A stretch of 20,000 nt of DNA from Chiloscyllium plagiosum (lineage: Eukaryota), in contig NC_057749.1 of NCBI RefSeq assembly GCF_004010195.1, positions 10,947,214 to 10,967,213 on the forward strand, written 5' to 3'. How positions within the stretch are numbered: position 1 is the stretch's first letter; the number at the start of each line of letters is the position of its first letter. A program made the position numbers and the translations under genes. The notes beneath the pieces are model-generated. The model was not told the DNA's origin, did not search any database, and worked only from the letters and a program-made list of their open reading frames with translations. Below are positions 9,485-20,000 of this stretch, in pieces.

Positions 9485-10175
9485 ATAGAGCTATAGAGTT
9501 TTACAGCCTGGAAATAAGACTCTCAACTCATCATGTCGACAAACTGTCATTGAGCACCTATCGACTCAAGTCCCTTTTTTCAGCTCTTGGCCTATAAGCT
9601 TGTGTACTATGGCACTTCAAATGTTCATCTAAATACTTGTCAAATGATGCGATGGTTCCTACCTCCGTCACCTTTTGAATCCAGAGAGTTCCAGATTTCT
9701 ACCACCCTCCACGTGAAAAATGAATCCTTCCTTAAATACCCTCAAAGCCCCCTGCCCATAACCCTAAATGTGTGGCGTGTGAATGCTATTCTCTCAACTA
9801 AGGGGATATGTTTTTTCCTATCTATCTTACCTATGCATTTCATAATTTTGTACACCTCAAATAGGTCACCCCCTCTGCTCAAAGGAATACAAACCCAGAC
9901 TATCTAGACTTTCTTCATAGCTGATTTGCTCCAGACCAGACAACGTCCTGGTGAATCTCCACTGCACTTTCTCTAGTATAATTATTTCCCATCACAGTGC
10001 AGTGACCAGAACTGCTCACAATATTCCAGCTATGGTTGAGTTAATATCTCATACAGCTCCATCATATCTTCTCAGCTCTTACATTTAATTCCTTGACTAG
10101 TAAAGGAAAGCATTCCATGTGTCTTCTTAAATGCTTTATTCACCTATTTTGTTGCTTTCAAGGATTTGTTAACAT
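9485..10175 (-). mobile_element. Old CR1 LINE 3' fragment
   Basis: Reverse complement of RFTRTL and EYCEQFWSL motifs (~9930-10030) and a CR1-like 3'UTR. Confidence 0.75.
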
Positions 10176-10229
10176 GGTGAAATGCACAGAGGCTGGTATC
10201 CCATCAACAAATCACCCTTTTTTTACTTA

Positions 10230-11262
10230 ATAGAACAGAGAACATAGAACATTACAGCGCAGTATAGGCCCTTCGGCCCTCGACATTGCACCGACCTATG
10301 GAACCAATCTGAAGCCCATCTAATGTGCACTATTCCATTTTCATCCATATGTCTATCCAATGACCATTTAAATGCCCTTAAGGGTGGCAAGTCTATTACT
10401 GTTAATCCTCTGATTATCTTATACGTCTCAATTAAGTCACCTCTTAACTTTCTTCTCTCCAACAGCATGGTGGCTCAGTGGTTAGCACTGCTGCCTCACA
10501 ACACCAGGGTCCCAGGTTCGATTGCAGCCTTGGGTGACTGTGTGGAGTTTGCACATTCTCCCCGTGTCTGCATGGGTTTCCTCCAGGTGCTCCAGTTTCC
10601 TCCCACAGTTCAAAGATATGCAGATCAGGTGATTTGGCCATGGTAAATTGCCCATAGTGTTAAGTGCATTAGCCAGTGGTAAATGGGTCTGGCAGGGTTA
10701 CTCTTCGGAAGGTGGTGTGGACTGGTTGGGCTGAAAGACCTGTTTCCAAACTGTAGGGAATCTAATTTAATCTAATCTCGATAACAGTCTCAATTTCGTC
10801 ATAAGACCTTTCCTCCATACCAGGCAACATCCTAGTAAACCTCCTCTGAACCCTTTCCAAAGCTTCCACATCCTTCCTATAATGCAGTGACCAGAACTGT
10901 ACACAATATTCCAAATGCGGCTGCACCAGAGTTTTGTACAGCCGCAGCATGACTTTGTGGATCCGAAACTCAATCCCTCTACCAATAAAAGCTAACACAC
11001 CATATGCCTTCTTAACAACCCTATCAACTTGGATAGCAACTTTCAGGGATCTAAATATATGAACACCAAGAACTCTCTGCTCATCTGCACTACTGTCCTT
11101 CTACACCCTCATCCAGGTCATTTATAAAAATAAAAAACAGGAATGGACCCCAAAACAAATCCTTGTGGTACACCACTAGTAAGTGAACTCCAAGATGAAC
11201 ATTTGCTATCAACCATCACCCTCTGTCTTCTTTCAACTAGCCAATTTCTGATCCAAACTGCC
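10230..11262 (-). mobile_element. HER1/CR1-like LINE 3' part, interrupted by an HE1 SINE
   Basis: (TTCTATG)-type tail (ATAGAAC repeats on plus); LYKTLVQPHLEYCVQFWS..LERVQRRFTRMLPG (10762-10998) and LRGDLIETYKIIRG. Confidence 0.9.
10463..10778 (+). mobile_element. HE1-type V-SINE, near full length
   Basis: A box TGGCTCAGTGG (10471), B box GGTTCGATTGC (10515), V-domain GTGGAGTTTGCACATTCTCCCCGTGTCTGCATGGGTTTCCTCC, (TCTAA)n tail. Confidence 0.9.
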
Positions 11263-11265
11263 AAA

Positions 11266-13130
11266 TAAAACATAGAACAATACAGCGCAGAACAGGCCCT
11301 TCGGCTCTCGATGTTGCGCCATCCTGTGAAGTATTCTCAGCTCGTCCCCTACAGTATCCCAAAATCATCCATGTGCTTATCTAAGGATTGTTTAAATCTC
11401 CCTAATGTGGTTGAGTTAACTACACTGGCAGGTGGTGCATTCCACGCCCTTACCACTCTCTGAGTAAAGAACTTGCCTGTGACATCTGTCTTAAATCTAT
11501 CACCCCTCAATTTGTAGTTATGTCCCTCGTACAATCTGACGTCATCATTCTAGGAAAAAGACTTTCACTATCTACCCTATTTAATCCTCTGATCATTTTG
11601 TATGTCCCTATTAAATCCCCTCTTAGCCTTCTTCTTTCCAATGAGGACAAACCCAAGTCTCTCAGCCTTTCCTCATAAGACCTTCCCTCTAGACCAGGCA
11701 ACATCCTGGTAAATCTCCTCTGCACCTTTTCCAATGCTTCCACATCCTTCCCGAAATATGGCAACCGGAACTGTACACAATATTCCAAGTGTGGCCGCAC
11801 TAGCGTTTTGTATAGTTGCAGCATGACATTATGGCTCCGGAACTCAATCCCTCTATCAATGAAACCTAACACACCATATGCCTTCTTAACAGCACTATCA
11901 ACCTGGGTGGCAACTTTCAGGGATCCATGTATATGGACTCCAAGATCCCTCTGTACATCCACACTACCAAGAATCTTTCCATTGACCCAGTACTCTGCCT
12001 TCCTGTTATTCTTCCCAAAATGCATCTCCTCACATTTAGCTGCATTGAACTCTATTTGCCACCTCTCAGCCCAATTCTGCAGTTTATCCAAGTCCCCCTG
12101 CAACCTGTAACATTCTTCCAAACTGTCCACCACTCCACCGACTTAAGTGTCACCTGCAAATTTACTAATCCATCCCCCTATGTCTGCGACTAAGTCATTT
12201 ATAAGTCATGACAAACAGCAGTGGTCCCAAAACACATTCTTGTGGCACACCACTAGTAACTGGACTCCAGGCTGAATACTTTCCATCAACCACCACTCAC
12301 TGCCTTCTTTCAGAAAGCCAGTTTCTAATCCAAACTGCTATATCACCCTCAATCCCATGCCTCTGCATTTTCTCCAACAGCCTACCATGTGGAACCTTAT
12401 CAAAGGCTTTACTGAAGTCCATGTATACCACGTCAACTTCCCTATCCTCATCTACACGCTTGGTCACCTTCTCAAAAAACTCAATGAGGTTTGTGAGTCG
12501 CAACCTGCCCTTGACAAAACCATGTTGACTATCTGAAATCAAACTGTTGCTTGCTAGATGATTACAAATCTTATCTCTTATAATCCTTTCCAAAACCTTT
12601 CCTACAACAGAAGTAAGGTTCACTGGTCTATAATAACCAGGGTCATCTCTACTGCCCTTCTTGGACAAGGGCACAACATGGAGTTTGCACATTCTCCTCA
12701 TGGCTGCGTGGGTTTCCTCTGGGTGCTCCGATTTCCTCCCACAATCTAAAGATGTGCAGGTTAGGTGAATTGGCCATGCTAAATTGCCCATAGTGCTAGG
12801 TGAAGGGGTGAATGGGTCTGGGTGGGTTGCTCTTCGGAAGGTTGGTGTGGACTTGTTGGGCCGAAGGGCCTGATTCCACGCTGTAAGTAATCTAATCTAA
12901 TCAATTTGCAATCCTCCAGTCTTTTGGTGCTGAACCTGTAGACAATGACGACTCAAATATTAAAGCCAAAGGCTCTGCTATTTCCTCCCTAGCTTCCCAA
13001 AGAATCCTCAGATAAATCCCATCCGGCCCAGGGGACTTGTCTACTTTCACTCCTTCTAGAATTCACAACACATGTTCATAACTAACCTCGATCCTTTCTA
13101 GTCTAATATCTCGTACCTGATTCTTCTCCT
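11266..13130 (-). mobile_element. Relatively young HER1/CR1-like LINE, 3' ~1.6 kb (RT to 3'UTR), interrupted by an HE1 SINE
   Basis: 208-aa open segment 11507-12133; RT motifs QHGFVKGR..TNLIEFFEKVT..DVVYMDFSKAFDKVPH (12297-12677); ATAGAAC tail at ~11270. Confidence 0.93.
12679..12902 (+). mobile_element. 5'-truncated HE1-type SINE
   Basis: Matches 10544-10778; (TAATC)n tail; host LINE rejoins as GGCACAACAT/TTGCAATCCTCC (compare the uninterrupted copy at ~13448-13470). Confidence 0.9.
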
Positions 13131-14575
13131 CTATCGCCCTCAATCCCACGCCTTCATATTTTCTGCAAGAGCCTACATGGGGAACCTTATCAAATACCTT
13201 ACTGAAATCCATAAACACATCAACCACTTTAACCTCATCCACCTGTTTGGTCACCTTCTTAAAGAACTCAATAATGTTTGTGAGGCACGTCCTACCCTTC
13301 ACAAAATCGTGTTGACTATCCCTAATCAACTTACATTTTTCTAGATGATTATAAATCCTATCTCTGATAACACTTTACCAACAACCAAAGTAAGGCTCAA
13401 CTGGTCTATAATTACCAAGATGTCTCTACTCCCCTTCTTGAACAAGGGCACAACATTTGCTATCCTCCAGTTTTCTGGCACTATTCTTGTGTACAATGAC
13501 AACATAAACATCAAAGTCAAAGGCTCTGCAATCTCCTTCTTGGCTTCCCAGAGAATCCTAGGATAAATCCCATCTGGCCCAAGGGACTTATCTATTTTCA
13601 CACTTTCCAGAATTGCTAACACCTCCTCTCCTTGTGAACCTCAGCCTCGTCTAGCCTAGTAGCCTGTATCTCAGTATTCTCCTCAACAACACTGTCTTTT
13701 TCCAGTGTGAATACTAACGAAAAATATTCATTTAGCACTTCTCCTATTTCCTTGGACTCCATGTAAAACCTCCTACTATTGTCCTTGATTGGCCCTAATC
13801 TTACTCTAGTCATTCTTTTATTCCTGACATACCCATAGAAAGCTTTAGGTTTTTTCTTAATCCTACCTGCCAACAACTTCTTATGTCCCCTCCTGGCTCT
13901 ACTTAGATCTCTCTTTAGATCTTTCCTGGCTAACTTGTAACTTTCTAGCACCCTAACTCAGCCTTCATGTCTCATCCTTATGTAAACCCCCTTCTTCCTC
14001 TAGACAAGAGATTCAACTTCTTTAGTAAACCACGGCTCCCTCGCTCGACCACTTCCTCCCTGCCTGACATGTACATACTTATCAAAGACTTGCAGTTCCT
14101 TGAATAAGGTCCACATTTCAATTGTGAGCTGAAAAATGTGTTGCTGGAAAAGCGCAGCGGGTCAGGCAGCATCCAAGGAGCAGGAGAATCGAAGAAAGCT
14201 GGAGAAATCTGCATTCATCCCTTGTGGTTGGAGGGTTCCGAGGCGGAAGATGACCCACCTTATCTCAGTCCCAACCCTCGGACTCAGCACCGCCTTCTTG
14301 ACCTGCAATCTTCTTCCCGACCTCTCCGCCCCCACCCCCTCTCCGGCCTATCACCCTCACCTTAACCTCCTTCCAATTGTGCCCATCCCTTGCAGTTTCC
14401 TTCCCCATCCTATGCATCCTAAATCTTGCCTAATTGCATCATAATTGCCTTTCCCCCAGTTATAACTCTTACCCTGTGATATATACCTACCCCTTTCCAA
14501 CACTAAAGTAAACATAACCAAACTGTTGTTACTATTATCAAAGTGCTCATTTACCTCCAAATCTAACACCTGGCC
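13130..14575 (-). mobile_element. HER1/CR1-like LINE internal ORF2 fragment, interrupted by a PLE piece
   Basis: KSLGPDGIYPRILWEA, EIGEVLNEYFSLVFT and DFSKVFDKVPH motifs in ORFs 13063-13951. Confidence 0.9.
14127..14373. mobile_element. Rearranged PLE insertion with 8-bp TSD
   Basis: CAATTGTG at 14119-14126 and 14374-14381; terminus (14127-14192, minus), ORF C-terminus IFRLGTLQPQGMNADFSSF (~14193-14253, minus), then C-rich 3' region in plus orientation. Confidence 0.85.
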
Positions 14576-14879
14576 TTAATGTGGCCTTTCGGCTTGTTGG
14601 CCTGTTTACATACTTGTGCACAGTACACTTGCTGTGGCCAACCAGCTTGGAGGCAGTCTCTCTCGCTTAGAGGAGGCATTTTGTCAGCACTGGTGCTCTT
14701 GCTGCCATTTCACATGGACACCATGGTCTCTCTGTTTCTCTGTTCTTCCTGGGGTCCTACCATTCAATGAGTACTCCCTTGCCTTGTTAGTTTCCCAAAA
14801 TGCATCACCACATACTTTTCAGGATTAAATTCATTGCCATTATTCTGTCTATCTGACCAACAATCTACATCATCTTGTA

Positions 14880-15017
14880 GTCACTGGGTCAAAATCCTGG
14901 AATTCCCATTCTTATGGCAATGGACTACAGCAGTTCAAGAAAGCAGCACACCTTCTCAAGGGCAACTCAGGATGGAAAATCCCGGTCAGCAATGGCCACA
15001 TCACATGAATGAATTTA
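14880..15017 (+). mobile_element. LINE 3' tail fragment (tail shared with the repeat at 18822-18980)
   Basis: CCTTCTCAAGGGCAACTCAGGATGG...CACATCACATGAATGAAT resembles the reverse complement of 18825-18880. Confidence 0.6.
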
Positions 15018-15019
15018 AA

Positions 15020-15910
15020 GTATGTCTAAGGCTTTACTTATTGCTATTTACCACACCACCAACTTTTTTATCCTCTGCAAACCTAATGATCATACCTCCT
15101 AAATTCACACCTACATAATCAAACAGCAAGGGTTCCAGTATCAAACCCTATGGTATGCCACCGGTCACAAAAACAACCTTCACCATCATAATCTGCATCC
15201 TGTCACAAGGCCAAATTTGGATCAAATTTGCCAAATTTCCCTGGATCCCAAAGGTTCTTCCTCCTTGACCAGTCTCCCATGTGAGACATTATCAAAATCA
15301 CTGTCAAAATCCATATAGATTTCAGCCACTGTACCAGCCTCGCTCTATATCTACTCATCTCTTTGAAAACACAATAGAACCTGTCAGACAAATTACCCTC
15401 AATCCCACGCCTCCATATTTTATGCAATAGCTTATGGTGGGAAACCTTATCAAACGCCTTACTGAAATCCATATACACCACATCAACTTCATCCACCTGC
15501 TTGGTCACCATCTCAAAGAACTCAATAAGGTTTGTGTGACATGACCCATCCTTCACAAAACTGTGTTGACTATCCCTACTCAACTTATTTCTCTCTAGAA
15601 GATTTTAAATCCTATCTCTTAAAGCCTTTTCCAACACTTTACCCACAACTGAAGTAAGGTTCACTGGTCTATAATTATAGGGTTATCTCTACTCCCCTTC
15701 TCACCTCTAGTTTAAATCTGCTACTGCTTATCCGAATATTATGACCTCTCTCAACTGCTTCACATGAGGAAACATCTACTTTACGTCTATACTGTCAATC
15801 CCCTTTAATATCTTATATACCTGAATTAGAGCTGTTGTCATTCTTCTAAACAATACTGTATAGGCCTAAATTGCTCAATATCTCTTCAAAAGATAAAACT
15901 CCTCACTTCG
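15020..15910 (-). mobile_element. Patchwork of CR1 RT fragments
   Basis: QHSFVKDGSCHTNLIEFFEMVTKQVDEVDVVYMDFSKAFDKV (15203-15583) plus decayed flanking pieces. Confidence 0.8.
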
Positions 15911-16169
15911 CTTCTGTCTTTCCTTCATCTCCACCACCTTTACTGACTTAAAACCAATTATAACCCTATCTTTCCGAACAAGAGAAGGTATGCATTCTAA
16001 ATAAATGCAAGGAGTGGGAATTTCATAAGAGTGGGAATACAGAGTGGAGGGGAAGAAAGTGCAATACTTGTCAGTTTGAGACAATTTGAATTTTAAAATT
16101 TTGTCCGCGTATTTAGTGCTTCGTCCACGTTATTGTGTAGGAAAAGAAAAAAGCTTACAATCAAAGTGT

Positions 16170-17090
16170 GATTGCAGCACAGAAGACCATTAAACCTGCT
16201 ATGCACATGGTGCCTCTCCATGAAAACATCACAGCAAATCTCACTCCTTCACTCTTTCCCCAAAACTTTGACAATTATCTAATTCCCATAGAAAACTCAT
16301 GATTGGATCTGCTTTCACCACACACTCACGGGTCTTGTGATGCAGTGATAGTGTCCTGGGATAGAAGGTCCGTGTTCAAGACTTGCTCTATGCGTACGTC
16401 ATAACTTAACTGAACTGTTTGATAAAAATAACTCCATCATACTTTGAGACAGTGCTTTTCAGATCCTAGCCACTGGCTGAGTAGAAGATTTTCATCAGGC
16501 CACTTTTTGCTCTTATGTCATTCACCATAAGTCAGGGTCCTTCAATTCCCAATCCTGAACCGATGAGAACTTTTCAGCCCATCACACCCATGCCGGTTAA
16601 AAACAATGACCTAACTATTTAATTTCCATTTTGCAGAACTTGGCCAAAAGCCTTATTTGCCTTAACATCACAAGTGCACATCTAAATACCTGTAAAATGT
16701 TATGAGGTTTTTGCCTCTAACACACTTACTGACGTGAATTCTAGGTTCCTATCACCATCTGGATGAAAACTTTTTTCCTCATATCTGCTCTAGACATTCT
16801 GCTTCTTACCCCAATGAGATGTTCATTAAGGGAAAAGAGTTCAGGAGTACCCTACCTACCTGATGATCCTCACAGGAAAGAACATTTTTTCCATAGCTGC
16901 TCAGGATTACGAACTTCAAGCAAATCTCCCAACCTTTTCTTCTCAAAGGAGCAAATCCCAATTTTGCCAATCAATCCATTCAGTCAGTTCTTCATCCCTG
17001 TAACCTTTTTTGCAAATCCTTTCTGATCTCCAATGCAAAGATAAGAATTAGGCAACTGTCCAATTGAGACCAAAACACTGCTTTACATAG
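16170..17090 (-). mobile_element. Highly decayed CR1 3'-end fragments with a small SINE head (~16330-16425)
   Basis: Degenerate similarity to the 3' ends at 9500-9900 and 19140-19600. Confidence 0.5.
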
Positions 17091-17239
17091 GTGATGCATG
17101 TCTCTGTTTATATGCCCAGCCAACTATATATCATTACAAGTCCAGTGTGACTCTTCTTCAAACCTCATTACCATTTTGTATGAATACTTATCATTCATCC
17201 ACTACAATAACGCCAGAATTAGCTGGCTTTTCTCCAAGA

Positions 17240-17432
17240 TTATTGTGGGAGTTTGTATCTCAACCAGAAAGGACAGGTGGGCACTACGTTTCAATCTGAA
17301 AGGCATCACTTTCAGCAATACAATGGTCCTTCAGTATAACACTGGATGGGCTAGTCTGGAATTTGTGTTCAAGTCTATGGATTGGGAAATGACTCATTAC
17401 CTCTCACATAGAAGTGAGTGTGCTTCTACCAG
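17240..17432 (-). mobile_element. SacSINE1/AmnSINE1-like DeuSINE remnant
   Basis: Minus strand GGTAGAAGCACACTCACTTCT...GACTTGAACACAAATTCCAGACT...ATACTGAAGGA...GTGATGCCTTTCAGATTGAAACGT resembles the tRNA head plus Deu domain as I recall the consensus. Confidence 0.6.
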
Positions 17433-17597
17433 GACATTTCCAACAGAGCACAACTTTCTCCAAATCACCCCATTAAGTGCTTCGGCAATTACATTAAAAA
17501 TAAAGATGAACCTTTTTTTTACAAATATAGCGACGGACAGTTTTAATACATATGGAATTATTGTTTAACTGTGCTATCAACATATTTTAGCTCTTAC

Positions 17598-17707
17598 TTG
17601 ATTTCTCCTAATAATGAAAGCAACCGAGGCTGGGGAAGGTCTGAAGCAGCTACATGTGCCAAAATTCCAAAGAGTCGCTCACCCATTACTATATCCATGG
17701 GAGTTAC
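17598..17707 (-). CDS. Internal coding exon (110 bp, phase 0 to phase 2): VTPMDIVMGERLFGILAHVAASDLPQPRLLSLLGEI(K)
   Basis: Branch point CACTAAC (17727-17733), tract tttcttctcatctgtacag, donor AA|gtaaga; only one frame open; AA+G gives Lys when joined to exon 5845-5998. Confidence 0.85.
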
Positions 17708-18199
17708 CTGTACAGATGAGAAGAAAGTTAGTGGTTTAATTCAAGTACGTTAAGGACATTTGCAATCATCATCTCCACATTATTTTGATACTAAATGTTA
17801 ATAAAGGTCCCAATGAAACCAATGGCAATAAGTATGTTGCTTTAGTTCTAAACCAAAAACGTTGCAGGCACTTCCATCATTTCCCCCCACCTGAACTATG
17901 ATATTAGGGATGTTTTCTGTAACATTAAATGTTAACTAAAAATTCCATTAGCATTATAGAAAAATGGGATGACTTAGAGGATGGTGAAAATGTTATAATT
18001 ATTGGCAAAAAGTAAATCATGATTAGTGACTTTTGACTAACTACATCCAATGCATACTGCTTGTTATTTCTCTTTGCAAGAAAATGAGAAAATATCTTGG
18101 GCATGCATATGGTACAAATAACTATTTACCACTTCCTCAAATAATTTCTTTTAGAAGATAGTTAACTGACTTCACAATTCTCATAATGTGATTACTGAC

Positions 18200-18285
18200 A
18201 GTTAGCTCAGATTGGCTGGATGGCTACAGTGTGGTTCAATTCCCATATCATCAGAGTTAGTTCTTGGGGCCTGCCTTGCCCCCAA
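18200..18285 (+). mobile_element. tRNA-derived SINE head (family of 940-1145)
   Basis: GTTAGCTCAGATTGGCTGGA...GGTTCAATTCCC. Confidence 0.55.
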
Positions 18286-18821
18286 AGTAATATCATGTGA
18301 TAAGTCATGAGGATTCAACATGAAGAGTGATTTCTCACAAGTGAACCTTTCAGGATAGTTATTAAAATATATGTTCATTTGCAGGATAAAGGAAAATATT
18401 TAATCTTTGTAATATCACTAAGCCATGGCACATAATGAGCTTGGAAAATATGACAAGAAAATGCAATGCTTTATTTCTTGTTGCTGAATTGTTGTCATAC
18501 TTGAGAAACCTCAAGTTCTCAATACATAGCCCTAAACATTTTGGTGCCAATTCAGTCCTACTTGTCGAGTCTAGCTCCCTGAATATTTCATTTTCTTCTG
18601 ATTGTCATCCACTTGTTAAAATTTCACAGCCATGACTGATATTTTATAGCTGTAATGCATATATCTGACCCATTCACAGATTTTACAAAACTGACATTTA
18701 CTATTCTGTAAACTAGTTGGTTGTCACATATTCAGTGCCCGCCGTTGTAAGTTTTGGAACAGACTACAATACAAATCAATTATTTCTTAAAGTTCACACT
18801 GGACTTATAAAAGTGATTTTT

Positions 18822-18980
18822 TACAGGATGTAGGTTTTGCTGTCCAGACCAGCATTTATTGCTCATCCCTAATTACCCAGAGGACACTTCAGAGTCAACC
18901 ACATTGCTGCGGGCTTGGAGTTACACGGAGGCCATATCAGGTCAGGACGACAGTTTCCTTCCCTAAAGGACATTAGTGAT
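18822..18980 (-). mobile_element. SINE 3' half with LINE-derived tail
   Basis: Minus strand CACTAATGTCCTTTAGGGAAGGAAAC...CAGCAATGTGGTTGACTCT...AATTAGGGATGAGCAATAAATGCTGG, a common shark repeat as recalled. Confidence 0.65.
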
Positions 18981-19134
18981 ATCTGTGGTGAGAGAAACAA
19001 CTAGTGGAATTTTATAGGAGTCTGAGCAATGTGGACTATGCAAGGTAAGTGGCAGAACTGGATTACAAATGTGGGAGCAACTCATGGAAAATTTCTTGCT
19101 AGGCAAAGACACGTTACTAATTGATGGTGATTAC

Positions 19135-19690
19135 TGAACATAGAACAGTATAGCACAATACAGGCCCTTCGGCCCTTGATGTTGTGCCGAACTTTTATCC
19201 AACTCTGAGATCAAACTAACCTACATTTTACTATCATCCATGTGCCCATCTAAGAGTCACTTAAATGTCCCTAATGCATCTGACTATACGATTGCATTAC
19301 TATATTATTACATATTACTATACAGGGTCCATTCCCCGCACCCACCACTCTCTATGTAAAGAACATGCCTCTGACATCTCCCCTAAACCTTCCTCCAACC
19401 ACCTTAAAATTATGCCCCCTTGTGATAGCCATTTCTGCCCTGGGAAAATGTCTGTGGTTATCCAATCTATCTATACATTTCATCACCTTTCACACCTCTA
19501 TCAAGTCACCTCTCATCCTTCTTTGCTTCAATGGGAAAATCCCTATCTCTTTAAACCTGCCTCCAGTCCAGGCAGCATTCTGATAAATCTCCTCTGCATC
19601 CTCTCGAAAGCTTTCACATCCTTCCTATAGTGAGGCGACTGGAACCGAACACAATATTCCAAGTGTGTCTAACTAGGGGCTTTATAGAGC
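19135..19690 (-). mobile_element. CR1/HER1-like 3' end
   Basis: GAACATAGAAC tail, CAGGCCCTTCGGCCC 3'UTR motif, LERMQRRFIRMLPG antisense at ~19565-19610. Confidence 0.85.
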
Positions 19691-19691
19691 T

Positions 19692-20000
19692 AGAACATAG
19701 AAGAATACAGCGCAGTACAGGCCCTTCGGCCCTCGATGTTGCGCCGATCCAAGCCCACCTAACCTACATTAGCCCACTATCCTCCATATGCCGATCCAAT
19801 GCCCGCTTAAATGCCCATAATGAGGGAGAGTCCACCACTGCTACTGGCAGGGCATTCCATGAACTCACGACTCGCTGAGTAAAGAACCTACCCCTAACAT
19901 CTGTCCTATACCTACCCCCCCTTAATTTAAAGCTATGCCCCCTTGTAATAACTGACTCCATACGTGGAAAAAGATTCTCACTGTCGACCCTACCTAAACC
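19692..20000 (-). mobile_element. Young HER1/CR1-like 3' end, runs off the window
   Basis: TRGHSFKLRGGRYRTDVRGRFFTQRVVSSWNALP; CpGs retained; tail TAGAACATAGAAGAATACAGCGCAG. Confidence 0.9.

Noticed and set aside
10463..10535. tRNA gene (also ~945 and ~8915)
   Set aside because: A/B boxes are SINE heads joined to SINE bodies; no complete cloverleaf.
11507..12133. 208-aa ORF as an active or domesticated gene
   Set aside because: Part of a 5'-truncated CR1 ORF2 with an upstream stop, a frameshift and a SINE insertion.
17098..17568. 156-aa plus-strand ORF
   Set aside because: Spans an antisense SINE remnant and AT-rich intron; no recognisable protein features.
18362..18580. Possible upstream exon (ELDSTSRTELAPKCLGLCIENLRFLK)
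   Set aside because: Purine-rich acceptor context; the best donors are phase 2, incompatible with the phase-0 start at 17707.
1..20000. CRISPR array, retron or other prokaryotic defence system
   Set aside because: No regularly spaced repeats or operon structure; all RT motifs are explained by eukaryotic CR1/L2-group and Penelope elements.

Overview
Eukaryotic, repeat-dense vertebrate DNA, almost certainly an elasmobranch (shark). This is inferred from HE1-type V-SINEs, HER1/CR1-like LINEs and a SacSINE1-like DeuSINE, all recognised from memory rather than by search. The window appears to lie inside a large minus-strand protein-coding gene. Two internal exons with canonical splice signals and matching phase (17598-17707 and 5845-5998) are separated by an ~11.6 kb intron; I cannot name the gene. 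Most of the rest is nested, decayed retroelements: many CR1-clade LINE fragments (mostly minus strand), tRNA-derived SINEs, and Penelope-like elements (PLE; RT plus GIY-YIG). The most notable non-coding structures are PLE-associated minimal hammerhead-ribozyme motifs: a core-intact copy at 2532-2567 and a ~170 bp palindrome at 7719-7889 carrying one motif on each strand. There is also an internally inverted PLE insertion with an 8-bp TSD at 14127-14373. PLE hammerheads are a known class, and I see no evidence of a wholly new system. Most ORFs in the supplied track are LINE remnants or their antisense shadows. Repeat boundaries are approximate.
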